Part shown: positions 50,131 to 63,739 of the stretch, piece after piece | How the letters are laid out: each line of letters begins with the position of its first letter | Numbering within the stretch: the stretch's first letter is position 1 | NCBI RefSeq assembly: GCF_006345805.1 | Contig: NC_043007.1 | Coordinates: forward strand, 10,354,001 to 10,418,000 | Length of the DNA: 64,000 bases | Direction of reading: 5' to 3' | From: Octopus sinensis | Taxonomy: Eukaryota | Notes under the pieces: generated by a model | Database searches by the model: none | Told to the model about the DNA's origin: nothing | The model's input: the letters and a program-made list of their open reading frames with translations, nothing else | Translations under genes and position numbers: made by a program

Positions 50131-50944
50131 TATATATATATATATATATATATAAGTTCAGCAAAATTTAGATTCAAATGAATATGGTACTTAAGTTAGA
50201 TGCACTAGAATTTTGTATGGTGTTATCCATATTAATGGAAAACCTCTGTAAATGGCTGATGATTGCTCAACATTTTAAAACTGTTGTAATACTTACAATA
50301 TTTAATAAAATGATGTAGCGTGAAACGATGGTACCAAATTACCGGAGATATTCTTGTTGCTTATTTTGAATATATATATATATATATAATACATATTTTA
50401 AAGCTGAGGTTTTATTAAATTTTGAGCTTGTTGATTCCTTCTGTTTTTCACTGTTTCACGTTGTTTCTGACGTTTTACTAGTTTTACTAATTTTTTTTCA
50501 GCTTTGGAGGGAAAAATATAGCCAAAGAAAAAACTTTTATAACCCTCCCATCAACCATCTAAAATTTTTTCCCTCTTTTCGGCTCCGTGAATCTATAAAG
50601 GTATTATAAAAGCGAGGCTCCATTTGCCAATCATGACGTTGTATAGTCAAGAGGTCAATGTCTAAGGATTATCAGATCGAAAACTTTTTCTAATCGTCGC
50701 ACATTGATTTTCATGGCTCTGAACAACTTTCGAAGATGCCAATTTCCATTTTGAACCACATTCTGATGAACATTGATATTTAGAATTTTGGCAAGTCTTT
50801 AGATACTTTAAGGGAATTCGAAAAAATTTAACGGTCAGTTAGAAGTAGCAAAAGTTTTTTGTAGTTGGTACTTCATGATAATTGCATTATAAATTGCGAA
50901 AGTACAGTTTTTAAAACATAAGATCCATATAGAATTAAAAGAGA

Positions 50945-51103
50945 AAAAAAGAAGCTGGAGAAGAAGAAGAAGAAGAAGAAGAAGAAGAAGAAGAAGAAGA
51001 AGAAGAAGAAGAAGGAGAGGAAGGAGAGGAAGGAGAGGAAGAAGCAGAAGAAGAAGAAAAAGGAGAGGAAGAAGAAGAAGAAGAAGGCGGAAAAGAAGGA
51101 GAG

Positions 51104-51167
<64 letters not shown>

Positions 51168-51225
51168 AAGAAGAAGAAGAAGAAGAAAAAGAAGAAGAAG
51201 AAGAAGAAGAAGGAGAAGAAACTAT
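50945..51225. repeat. Compound (GAA)n/(GGAGAGGAA)/(AAT)n microsatellite
   Basis: Direct reading. Confidence 0.95.
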
Positions 51226-51605
51226 GTAAGTAGTAGGTGGTTGGTACAGTGGTGAGAAGTTTGTTTCGCAATCATGGGATCCGGCAGATTGAGTAACATA
51301 ATCTCAGGTCGAGTCCAATACTGTGAGTGAAATGTGAGTAGAAAATAGTTCAGAAGTTTTTACAGGTGGACACGTAACTCTCATTAAAGTAGACCAATAT
51401 AATTACATTGATTTTCTAAGAAGGTTACGTCAGACCCAGCCGCATGCAATAAGTCAATGAAGTGGTAGTTCACTTGATTTCGAAGAACTGGAATACAAAT
51501 TGTCGAATCTGCGTTTAATTTTTATCACTGCTATTTGTCGTTTGCTAGAGCAGTTTCGCTTTCGCTGATTTTATATTTCAGATTGATGCGTGCTTTTGTT
51601 TCTAT

Positions 51606-52823
51606 TTATTTCTGCTTTAATCCAAACAACTTCTTTACTTCGTCTACAAAATTCTTATTCCTGCAACTGTAAATAATTGGATTTAAACTTGAATTAAGGT
51701 AAAACGTATGTCTTGCGAGCCAATAGAATATAGCTGTTGTTACTGACATTGTGTCTTCGGATTTCAATACTGCGTTCACCATCATGGCAATAACGCAGGG
51801 TATATAGGTTATTATAAACACCAGAGTAATCATCATCATTGTTACAGTAATACGCTGTATCCTTTTGGTTTGCTCTCTTGCTCGTCTTTCGTTATCCGTC
51901 TCCCGTAATTTAATCGCGATAGGTGCAGTGTTTTTTGTATTTTTTGCACTTACATTTGATGTATCATCCGATGACACACCGGATGATGTTTCTGCTACAG
52001 ACAATTCAACAACTTCTGCAGGTACATTAGGATCAGTGTTTTTTGGTATATTACTCCATCTCTGTTGTGTTTCATCAGGATACAGGGCACTTGTAACGTT
52101 CTTCCTATTTTGTTGTGATACAATAATTTGTTTCTCCTTCACTTTCATTTTTCGAAGAATTATGGTGTAAACTACACTGAGTTCAACGAACGCAAATAAT
52201 GTTAAGAGAAGATAGAATGCAAAGAATCCAAGTTGGTAATAGTTTGGCTTCTCGGATTTTTTTGCTGAGCAAGAATAGCTATAGATATCAGGATAATCAG
52301 TTGATTTCTTGATACTTCCATAGTATAGAAGAGCAATGCTTCCCTGTATTGCGGAAAAAATAAGAATGCAAGCTGTTATAATTTTAGCAACTTTCAATGA
52401 CAACTGAGACTTCAGCGGTTGGCATACTTTTCTATATCTATCTATAGAAATGGACACTAGAAAACCACAGTTACAAAGTCCTGTAAAGACAGACAAACAC
52501 ATATGGTTCTTGCACAGTGCATCCCAGGTCGACATCATGGGGTAAACATTTTGGACAATGCGACCTGGTGATACAATAGCACAAAGTATCAAATCTACAC
52601 AAGCCAGCATGACGACAAACAGGTACGTTGGGGATAACTTCAAGCGAAATCCGTAAACGTAAACAGTTAAAATGTTTCCAACGAAACCTATGGTCATTGT
52701 TAATATAACAAGAATGGTAGATGGGATCCTTATCAAAACTTGTTGTCTGTTGAGTTCTTCGATGGTGACACTATATTCGGTACCGTTTGTTGTTCCATTC
52801 TGCATTGAATCAGTAAATAACAT
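51606..52823 (-). CDS. Orphan class A GPCR, 405 aa, single coding exon (paralog 2)
   Basis: Seven TM segments; GN, LACVDL, DRY, ECL2 Cys, FIITYIP, NPIIY; two NGT sequons; roughly two-thirds identical to paralog 1 in the TM region; same KQK* terminus. Confidence 0.95.
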   Translation of the reverse strand: MLFTDSMQNGTTNGTEYSVTIEELNRQQVLIRIPSTILVILTMTIGFVGNILTVYVYGFRLKLSPTYLFVVMLACVDLILCAIVSPGRIVQNVYPMMSTWDALCKNHMCLSVFTGLCNCGFLVSISIDRYRKVCQPLKSQLSLKVAKIITACILIFSAIQGSIALLYYGSIKKSTDYPDIYSYSCSAKKSEKPNYYQLGFFAFYLLLTLFAFVELSVVYTIILRKMKVKEKQIIVSQQNRKNVTSALYPDETQQRWSNIPKNTDPNVPAEVVELSVAETSSGVSSDDTSNVSAKNTKNTAPIAIKLRETDNERRAREQTKRIQRITVTMMMITLVFIITYIPCVIAMMVNAVLKSEDTMSVTTAIFYWLARHTFYLNSSLNPIIYSCRNKNFVDEVKKLFGLKQK

Positions 52824-52861
52824 CTTTTTTCGGATTTTGGGGCGCGTTTTCTCTGTTTAAT

Positions 52862-52895
52862 CTGAATAACAAAAAAAAAGAAAGAAAAAAAAAAT
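52862..52895 (-). promoter_or_regulatory. Splice acceptor 38 nt upstream of GPCR2 ATG
   Basis: Minus strand T-rich tract + TTATTCAG|ATTAAACAGAGAAAACGCGCCCCAAAAT, matching the GPCR1 junction. Confidence 0.8.
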
Positions 52896-53015
52896 GTTAA
52901 ATGTTTTCGATTGCTGCAACCATCCAGCGCCAATCCCACCAATATTAATTCTACTCTCAATACTACGCTGCCTCTTCCTTCTACTCCTCCGTTCCTCCCC
53001 CTCTCTGTCTTAATA

Positions 53016-53546
53016 ATGCAGTACCAGCCAGTGGCTCTCGTGGCTTCTGATCTTAATTGTTATCATGTACATTGTTTTGTCTTGGTATAAAGATAAGCTA
53101 CAGCAAATACTCTGCTCAATACCACAGATTTACTTGTCAGTTATTTGACCTTAATCAGTTGAGCATGCCCCTTAGTAGCTGACGATATGTGCATCTCTGA
53201 TCACGAGCAGAAGTAGTGGGGGAGCACTATGTGTTAACAGAAATTCATTGGAGTTTGGATGATTCACGTTTGGAAACATAGGTGTTTCGTTCAACATTCT
53301 TAAGCAACCCTTATTCAAGGACCATTTGAGTGGGATGGGCTACTCGATCTGCAGAAAATTCCCACTGGGCCCCACCTGCAAGGTCATACGCTGTTTATCT
53401 TCATATGAGATCATCATGTCGTGCACATATGGTTGTGATGCATGTGTCTGGTATATTCTTATCGGACGGATGGTCATGATGGGTATACAGGTCTTCGTAT
53501 ATTTTAGCCCAGTGTGACTTTGATGGCATGCGCTGCTCTCTCACTC
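53016..53546 (+). mobile_element. ~530 bp (AAT)n-tailed element, copy 2
   Basis: Aligns along its length with 19432-19970. Confidence 0.85.
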
Positions 53547-53585
53547 AATAATAATGATGATGATGATAATAATAATGATAATAGC

Positions 53586-53658
<73 letters not shown>

Positions 53659-53681
53659 ATGATGATGATGATGATGATGAT

Positions 53682-53738
<57 letters not shown>

Positions 53739-54378
53739 TATAATTGGCTGCTCAAAGCCATTGAAATGTTGTCTCCAATTCTTACAAGGTAGCTTGGCCA
53801 AGTGGAACACACGTCTCTTTCTAAACCATAGTAATGGCTATGAGGAAAATGACCATACCAAGATTTTATGAGACTTTATGGTACAATGTGACCATGAAAA
53901 TGAACATTGCTGACCGGATTATGGTGATTAAGAAAGTCAATGAACTATTTGTTTCTAGATGTGGCCTGTCCAGCTGACAATAAGGTTTGTGACAAAGAAC
54001 TGAAGAAGATTCAGAAATATGAACTACTGTCGTGGGAGATAAAACATTAGTGGGCTATGGAAAGGATCGCATTGTACTTTGAACACCAGAATTTAAAGAT
54101 AATTTTAAAAATATAGGTCAACATCAGTATGGGGCACTTACCGAAGCAACACTCCTTGAAACATCTAGAATACTCAAACAAATTCTGACAATTGATGGTA
54201 CCACTTCACTCCACTTGTGAACAGCTGTCACCGGTATTACACCACAAGCGACAAATTGTGTGAGAAAGCGGTATAACACAACAACAACAACAACAACAGC
54301 AGCTGCAGCAACAACAACAACAACAAAAACAACAACAAAAACAACAACAACAAAAACAACAACAACAAAAACAACAAC

Positions 54379-54429
<51 letters not shown>

Positions 54430-55230
54430 CCTTTCTACTGGAAGCACAGGTCCTCAAATTTGGGAGAAGGTATTAAGTCGATTACATCGACCCCAGCGCG
54501 TAACTGGTACTAATTTCATCGACTCCGGAAGGATGAAAGGCAGAGTCGATCTCGGCGGAATTTGAACTCAGAACGTAGCGGCAGACGAAATACCGCTAAG
54601 AATTTTGAAGCTTGTCGTCAAGGAACTGATTGCTGATGCGCAAACATGTGCCATAAAAAGCAGATCCATCCACGAGAACTTCCAAGTTATGTGATACATC
54701 ATAGACAGAGTGAGTAAAGAAGCTGGCATGGGGAGAGCCCTGACAAATTTGGATCCGTCTAATACTTTCAATTGGGTCAATCACTAATATTTGGCGGCAG
54801 TTCTCACGGCGGCCGGTTACGACCCCCGTCTTCCGTGGCCGAATCGTTGCAATGTACAGCGACATCTGTTCGGTAGTTTGGGTAAATGGTTACCTTTCGG
54901 AATCATGCAGCATCATGCGTTCGATCCGTCAAGGGTGTCCCCTCTCGTCTCTCCTGTATGTGATGGCTCTAGAGCAACTACTGTGGAAATGAGAGGCATT
55001 GAGAGATATCCACACGCGAACTAGGACATTGGAGAACCGTGTCGGCATATGCGGACGTCAAAATCCTTGTGTCGAAGAATAGGTACATAGAAATCAGCAT
55101 CGCACTAAAAGAATACAAGCCGGTGACAGGAACAAAAGTTAACCAAGTAGAGTCAGCTCGGCACCTGGAGGAACAGGTTCATGTCATCCAACAATGTCGC
55201 AGGACGCTGGACGGAGATACCGGTTAAATC
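54430..55230. mobile_element. CORE-SINE fragment (-, 54430-54600) abutting an L1-Tx1 RT fragment (+, 54600-55230)
   Basis: SINE core reverse complement; QTCAI..RSIHEN...LD....F..V.H.YL.AVL.AAG and YADV. Confidence 0.7.
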
Positions 55231-55438
55231 GCTCGAGATTATTGTTATCATTATTACCATTGTCTTCTTTCAATTTTGTTTCCTTTTCTTGCTGAATGTC
55301 TTCCCAACGCCTAAGGCCAAGGAACTTACTGTTTACATTGGTAGACCATTAAAATAAACACACTAGATTGTTCATTTATAAAGTTATGTGATAGAAAAAA
55401 AGGCAAAGAAAGACAGAGAGAAAAAGGAAAGAAGGAAA

Positions 55439-55507
<69 letters not shown>

Positions 55508-55510
55508 GTT

Positions 55511-55960
55511 ATTGAGTGAAAGAGAAGTGCATGCCATCAGAGAGACACTGGGGTAAAATATACGAAGCCCAGTATACCTATCATGACCAGACACATACAT
55601 CACAACCATATGTGCGCGACATGGTGATCTCATATCAAGATAAACAGTACATGACTTTGCAGGTGGGGCCCAGTTAGAAATTTCTTCAGGTCGAGTAGAC
55701 CATCCTGCTCAAATGGTCGTTGAATAAGGATTGTTTAAGGATGATGAACAGAACACCTATGTTTCCAGAGGTGAATTATTCAAACCCCAAAGACTTCCTC
55801 TCATCACATGGCTATGATGCTCCCCCACTACTTCTACTCGTGATCAGAGATGCACATACCGTCAGCCACTAAGGGACATGCTCAACTGGTTAAGGCCAAG
55901 CATCTTACAAGCAAATCTGTGGTATTAAGCAGAATATTTGCTGTAGCCCATCTTTTATAT
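55511..55960 (-). mobile_element. ~530 bp (AAT)n-tailed element, copy 3 (5'-truncated)
   Basis: Reverse complement of 19510-19970. Confidence 0.85.
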
Positions 55961-56343
55961 GCCGTTAATTAATTATTATTGATTTCAAATTTCAACACAA
56001 GGTTCACAATTTCTGGGGAGGGCATAAGTCGATTACATCGACCCAGTGTCCAACTGATACTCAGTTTATCAACCCCAAAATAATGAAAGCCAAAATCGAC
56101 CTAGGCGGAATTTGAACTCAGAACGTTAGCATTGATGAAATGCCGCTAAGCATTTCGCCCGGCGCGGTAACTATTCGGCCAGCTCATCGTCTTCGTCAAT
56201 TACTGAATACTAGTAAAGTTTCTACATTTATATCCCCTCTTTCTTCCTTTCTAAATTTCTAGGAAACTCATCTTATAGCGAAGGAAATGTCGTCTTCAAT
56301 TGTTTCTCTTTAAATTCGTATGACATCAATACTAAGCCATTTT

Positions 56344-56404
<61 letters not shown>

Positions 56405-56750
56405 TTTTTCCTATCACACTCTTCAATATCATTTCCGAATAAACCTCTCAAGATGTGTTTCCTTTAAAAATTCAGTCCTTATGTAGCCTTCTCCTTAAAA
56501 TCCCTTTAGACAACATTTTGAGGAGTGCAGTATACTAGTATAAAAAAAAAAGGAATACATGGGCAGACATGACTAAGTAAAAGAGTGCATTGGGATGTCA
56601 GTCGAGTATGTGGGCCTAAAAAAAAAGAACAACAAAAATGTGGTATGAATATCAACCAGGGGCCATGATAGACAATGAAAATTATAAGATCTTGTGGGAC
56701 TTCGCCATAAAGACTGACTGTACTACTGAGCCTAGTAGACCGGATATAAT

Positions 56751-56782
<32 letters not shown>

Positions 56783-56787
56783 ATATA

Positions 56788-57198
56788 TATAACAATTTAG
56801 GAATGGCCTTAACAGGCCATTCGTCCACTAGACAGATGAATTAGGGTAAACGTTTTTAATTTTTCACCTATTTCCGAATTAAATTACTTGGCGGTTGGGG
56901 TTATGGCTGCTCTGTCTAGTGGACGAATGGCCTGTTAAGGCCATTCCTAAATTGTTATATTTTACATTTTAGTCTCATGACTATTTTTCTTTTCCACTGG
57001 GCCGCTGGTAGTGATAAATTTCTATCGAATTTTTTACTACCCTAAATTGATTAATATATATAATATATATTAATCAATTTAGGGTAGTAAAAAATTCGAT
57101 AGAAATTTATCACTACCAGCGGCCCAGTGAAAAGAAAAATAGTCATGAGACTAAAATGTAAATATATAACAATTTAGGAATGGCCTTAACAGGTCATT
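56788..57198. repeat. Double foldback: 49-bp-arm inverted repeat overlapping a ~270 bp near-perfect palindrome
   Basis: Arms 56788-56836 and 56911-56959; palindrome 56926-57198 centred near 57062. Confidence 0.92.
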
Positions 57199-57232
57199 GT
57201 TATTATTATTGTTATTATTATTATTGTTATTA

Positions 57233-58350
<1,118 letters not shown>

Positions 58351-58505
58351 ATATATATATATCCTCTATGTACATTTCTCTAGAAATTTAATTCGTCTTT
58401 TATTATGTCATTGTATGCTTTATTACCCGAAATTTTTAATTTAGCAAATTTATGCCAAATGTTTTACGAGTTTAAGCGTACATTCAAGGTGTTATATATG
58501 CAACG

Positions 58506-58877
58506 TGGAGGCGCAATGGCCCAGTGGTTAGGGCAGCGGACTCGCGGTCGTAAGTTCGCGATTTCGATTCCCAGACCGGGCGTTGTGAGTGTTTATTGAG
58601 CGAAAACACCTAAAGCTACACGAGGCTCCGGCTCGTGGTGATCCCTGCTGCACTCTTTCACCACAACTTTCTCTCACTCTTTCTTCCTGTTTCTGCTGTA
58701 CCTGTATTTCAAGGGGCCGGCCTTGTCACTCTCTGTGTCACGCTGAATATCCCCGAGAACTACGTTAAGGGTACACGTGTCTGTGGAGTGCTCAGCCACT
58801 GACACGTTAATTTCACGAGCAGGCTGTTCCGTTGATCGGATCAACCGGAACCGTCGTCGTCGTAACCGACGGAGTGC
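58506..58877 (+). mobile_element. tRNA-derived SINE of a third family
   Basis: GGAGGCGCAATGGCCCAGTGGTTAGG (A box), ATTTCGATTCCC (B box), conserved body; degenerate body copy near 330-410. Confidence 0.8.
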
Positions 58878-59098
58878 TTCCCCCATATGCAACATTGATT
58901 CTCTTATATATTTATATATTTTATATGATGTTTATGTATTACTAAATTTTTAAACGTCGGGCTTTATATTTGTTCTGTAGATATAAATGAATATACGAAT
59001 ATATGTATGTGTTTGATCTTTCTGTGGATTTTGCAGTGTTCTTGTTGTTGCTGCTCGCATTGCCTCCTTCGGATTAAAAAAAGTATATATATATATAT

Positions 59099-59454
59099 AA
59101 AATTATAATTTAGGGTATCTAAGAGATACCACCAAGCTGAAAATAGCAGTCAAAACTTGACTCTAAAACCACAATAAATGTTCATACAGCACCAGGAGAG
59201 AAGACAAAGTGACAAAATAAACTAGCAAAAAAAATTATTGGATAATTCCATATCCCGGATGAAAGCAAAGCATTTCTTATGCAGAGCCAGAAATCCGGGA
59301 TCTGGAATTATGCAGTATTTTTTTTTGCTAGTTTATTTTGTCTCTTTCATTTCTCTCTCAGTGCTGTATGAACATTTAATGTGGTTTTAGAGTCAAGTTT
59401 TGATTGCTATTTCCAGCGTGGTGGTATCTTTTAGATACCCTAAATTATAATTTT
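59099..59454. repeat. Foldback/MITE-like element, ~160 bp arms and 32 nt spacer
   Basis: 59099-59260 is the imperfect reverse complement of 59293-59454. Confidence 0.9.
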
Positions 59455-59530
59455 CAATACTTATTACCTTTGAAGGTTTTATTCCCATGCTGACGACCAG
59501 TTGAGTTCGGTATCTAAATATCGATCTTAT

Positions 59531-59612
<82 letters not shown>

Positions 59613-59615
<3 letters not shown>

Positions 59616-60438
59616 CGCAGGAGTGGCTGTGTGGCAAGTAGCTTGTTTACTCTAACTTACTCTATATACTGCCTTAATGGCAAATGTTATGAAATAAAGT
59701 AGCTTGTTTACCAACCACATGGTTCCGGGTTCAGTCCCACTGCATGGCACCTTGGGCAAGTGTCTTCTACTATAGCCTCGGGCCGACCAAAGCCTTGTGA
59801 GTGGATTTGGTAGACGGAAACTGAAAGAAGCCCGTCGTATATATGTATAAATATATATATATATTCTCTCTCTCTCTCTTTTCTCTTTTACTTGTTTCAG
59901 TCATTTGACTGCGGCCATGCTGGAGCACCACCTTTAGTCGAGCAACTCGACCCCGGGACTTATTCTTTTTGTAAGCTCAGTACTTATTCTATCGGTCTCT
60001 TTTTGCCGAACCGCTAAGTGACGGGGACGTAAACACACCAGCATCGGTTGTCAAGCAATGCTAGGGGAACAAAGACACACACACAAACACACACACATAC
60101 ATATATATATATACATATATACGGCAGGCTTCTTTCAGTTTCCGTCTACCAAATCCACTCACAAGGCATTGGTCGGCCCGGGGCTATAGCAGAAGACACT
60201 TGCCCAAGATGCCACGCATGCGTGTGTGTATTTGTGTGTCTGTGTTTGTCTCCCTAGCATTGCTTGACAGCCGATGCTGGTGTGTTTATGTCCCCGTTAC
60301 CTAGCGGTTCGGCAAAAGAGACCGATAGAATAAGTACTGGGCTTACAAAAGAATAAGTCCCGGGGTCGAGTTGCTCGATTAAAGGCGGTGCTCCAGCATG
60401 GCCGCAGTCAAATGACTGAAACAAGTAAAAGAGTAAAA

Positions 60439-60440
<2 letters not shown>
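59613..60440. mobile_element. Nested SINE: minus-strand copy (59870-60210) inside the internal microsatellite of a plus-strand copy
   Basis: Plus 5' half at 59613-59840 and plus 3' half at 60215-60440, with an inverted copy between them. Confidence 0.8.
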
Positions 60441-60482
<42 letters not shown>

Positions 60483-60772
60483 TGCAAGATCTTAGATTTT
60501 GAAAATCTCTATGATAGCAGAGTCAATAACAGAGATATAGAAAGAACTGAGAAATACCAGGATCCAACTAGAGAGCTGAGGAGACCATGGAAGAGCAAGA
60601 TAACAATTATTCCTGAAGCTATAGGTGGATTTGGCACAACACCCAAATTGCCACCTAAAAGACTGAAAGAAATTAGAATTGAAACTCGCGTTGTCGACTT
60701 ACTGAAAAGTATCGTCGAGTATTCTGCAAGAACACTAAAAAATTTGGGAATAATAACAATAATAATAATAAC

Positions 60773-60883
<111 letters not shown>

Positions 60884-60898
60884 AATAATAATAATAAC

Positions 60899-60947
<49 letters not shown>

Positions 60948-61337
60948 TAGGGGCACTCGGTTTACTAACAACCAAGTTTGAGAAATATATCGGAGAAATT
61001 AGAATTGATATGAGGACAGAGCATGCCCTCAAAAGAAGCTCTATTGGGGACAGCTAGGATTTTGAGAGTGGTGCTTGGGTGTGGAGTATGTTTTATCTTT
61101 TATCTCTTAATTGTTTCAGTTATTAGACTGAAGATGTGCTGAGGCACCTCCTAGAAATTTCTTTTAGTCGAATGAATCGACCTCAGTACTTTTAAGGCCC
61201 TATACTTATACTATCAGTCTGTTTTTCTGAACCGCTAAGTTACGAGAACGTGAACAAACCAACACCAGTTGTCAAGAGGTAATGGGTGGGGGTGGACAAA
61301 CACACACAGACAGACACACACACACACACACACACAT

Positions 61338-61609
61338 AAACAATTGCAGCGTGGAAGGTGTTTATAAGCATTTTAAGAAACACACAAAAACCGTTAGATT
61401 CACTTCAACATTTAAATTTGATTTGCCAAAACATTTTCGTCGCTTTGAGACCGCGACCTGTTCACTGATAAAATTTCGTGCTGCATTTTGTCAGTAAACA
61501 GTTCTCTGTCTCAAAGCGACGAAAATATTTTGGCAAATTAAATTTAAATGTTGAAGTGAATCTAACGGTTTATGTGCGCTTTTAAACACCTTCCACGCTG
61601 CAGTTGTTT
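61338..61609. repeat. Foldback/MITE-like element (~125 bp arms)
   Basis: ACAATTGCAGCGTGGAAGGTGTTT...GCTTTGAGAC versus GTCTCAAAGC...AAACACCTTCCACGCTGCAGTTGT. Confidence 0.88.
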
Positions 61610-61746
61610 TTTTTTCAGCACATGATTTCGGATCGGGTTCCTTGTTACGCAAATACATCTCCGTAATATATATATATATATATCAGGGCATATTATTATT
61701 ATTATTATTATTATTATCATTGTTATTATTATTGTTATTATTATTA

Positions 61747-61777
<31 letters not shown>

Positions 61778-61871
61778 CATTATTATTATTATTATTATTA
61801 TTATTTTATTATTATTATTAGTAGTAGTAGTAGTAGTAGCAGTAGTAGTAGTAGTAGTAGTAGCAGCAGCT

Positions 61872-61928
<57 letters not shown>

Positions 61929-62011
61929 TATTTTATTTCTCGGAGCCTTCGATATTACTTGTTCTGATTAATTCTTGTGAGTGGATTTGGTAGTCGGAAA
62001 CTGAATGAAGC

Positions 62012-62087
<76 letters not shown>

Positions 62088-62378
62088 CTAAAGAATCTTT
62101 CAGTTTCCGTCTCCCAAATCCATTCACAAGGCTTTGATCTGCCCGAGGCTATAGTAGAAGACATTTGGTTTGCCCAAGTAGGACTGAACCCGGAACCATA
62201 TGGCTGGGAAGCAAGCTTCTTATCACTCAGCTACTCCTTCATCTATATTCAACAATACTTAACATCTAAGTGCCAACTTGTGGAAAGAGACACTGTGAGA
62301 CTTTTGGGAACAGGATGCTGTCCGCCCAAACTGGATTAACCAGAAAAATTATTATCGAAAGCTCTGAGAAATTAAATA

Positions 62379-62456
<78 letters not shown>

Positions 62457-62458
62457 TA

Positions 62459-62507
<49 letters not shown>

Positions 62508-62530
62508 TAATAATGATAATAATAATAATG

Positions 62531-62587
<57 letters not shown>

Positions 62588-62589
<2 letters not shown>

Positions 62590-63590
62590 CACCATAGGAC
62601 TGCAAAAATATCTACTTCAGAAGCAAGGAAGACTGATACAAATAGCGGCAAAACACGAGCAAAACAAAAAAACTGTTCTCAGTATTTAAGGAAGCTGACA
62701 GCAACGGACCATGATAAAACGATGGGAAGAAAAGCCCCTTCATGGCAAATACTGGACTAAACTAAATGCAAAAGAAATAGACAAAGAAAAATCCCAGCGA
62801 TAGTTGAGAAGCTCAGGACTCAAAGCAGAGATAGAGCGATTTTTAATTGCAGCACAAGACCAAAGCCTCCCCACCTGAAATTACTAAAAACATATAATGA
62901 AAAGAAATATAACAAGTATCTGCAGAATATTTGGAGATGGACAAGAAACAATAAATCATATTATCTCTGGCTGCCCAGTCCTGGCTAAGAAGGAGTAGAT
63001 TCACAGACACGACAGAGTTGGGACCTACATACACTGGAAGCTGTGCCAACATTATGGAATAACAACAGAAAAAAGATGGTATAGGCACACATCAGAAAAG
63101 GTCACAGAAAATGAGAAAGCAACCATACTCTGGGATATGCCGATACACACAGATAGAGAAATTAAGGCCAACAGACCAGATATAGTTGTCAGAGATCACG
63201 AAGAAAAAAAAATGCTTTCTAATTGATGTATCAATACCAGCAGATGACAACGTTTCTCTAAAAGAAATGGAGAAACTTTCAAAATATAAAGACCTGGAAA
63301 TAGAGGTAACTAGAATGTGGAATCTAAAAACAGAAACAATTCCTATCATAGTAGGTGCATTAGGCATGATAAAAAATATTCAGACAAATACATAACAAAA
63401 ACACCAGGACTTACAAACACATATATCATACAGAAAATTGCACTACTAGGCACTGCATACATCCTACGCAAAACACTTTTAATACACTAACCATAGAGCA
63501 TCACAAAAAAAACACAGCACATACCCAAGGCACACAGAGCTGCGCTCGGTAATGAAGTGAAAGCACACTATAAAAATAAAACTACTGAAT
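62588..63590 (+). mobile_element. 3' kilobase of the Dong-like family between (AAT)n tracts
   Basis: Close to the reverse complement of 27938-29040, with an internal deletion and stops. Confidence 0.9.
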
Positions 63591-63603
63591 AATAATAATA
63601 ATG

Positions 63604-63678
<75 letters not shown>

Positions 63679-63739
63679 GCCCTGATGCAGTACCAGGCAG
63701 TGGCTCTCGTGACTTCTGATCTTAACTGATTGGAAGTGT

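Noticed and set aside
50160-50870. Non-repetitive AT-rich segment downstream of GPCR2
   Set aside because: No ORF, TIR or homology within the window, so there is nothing to support a call.
58506-58580. Possible tRNA gene
   Set aside because: A and B boxes are present but I cannot form a full cloverleaf, and the sequence runs directly into a SINE body.
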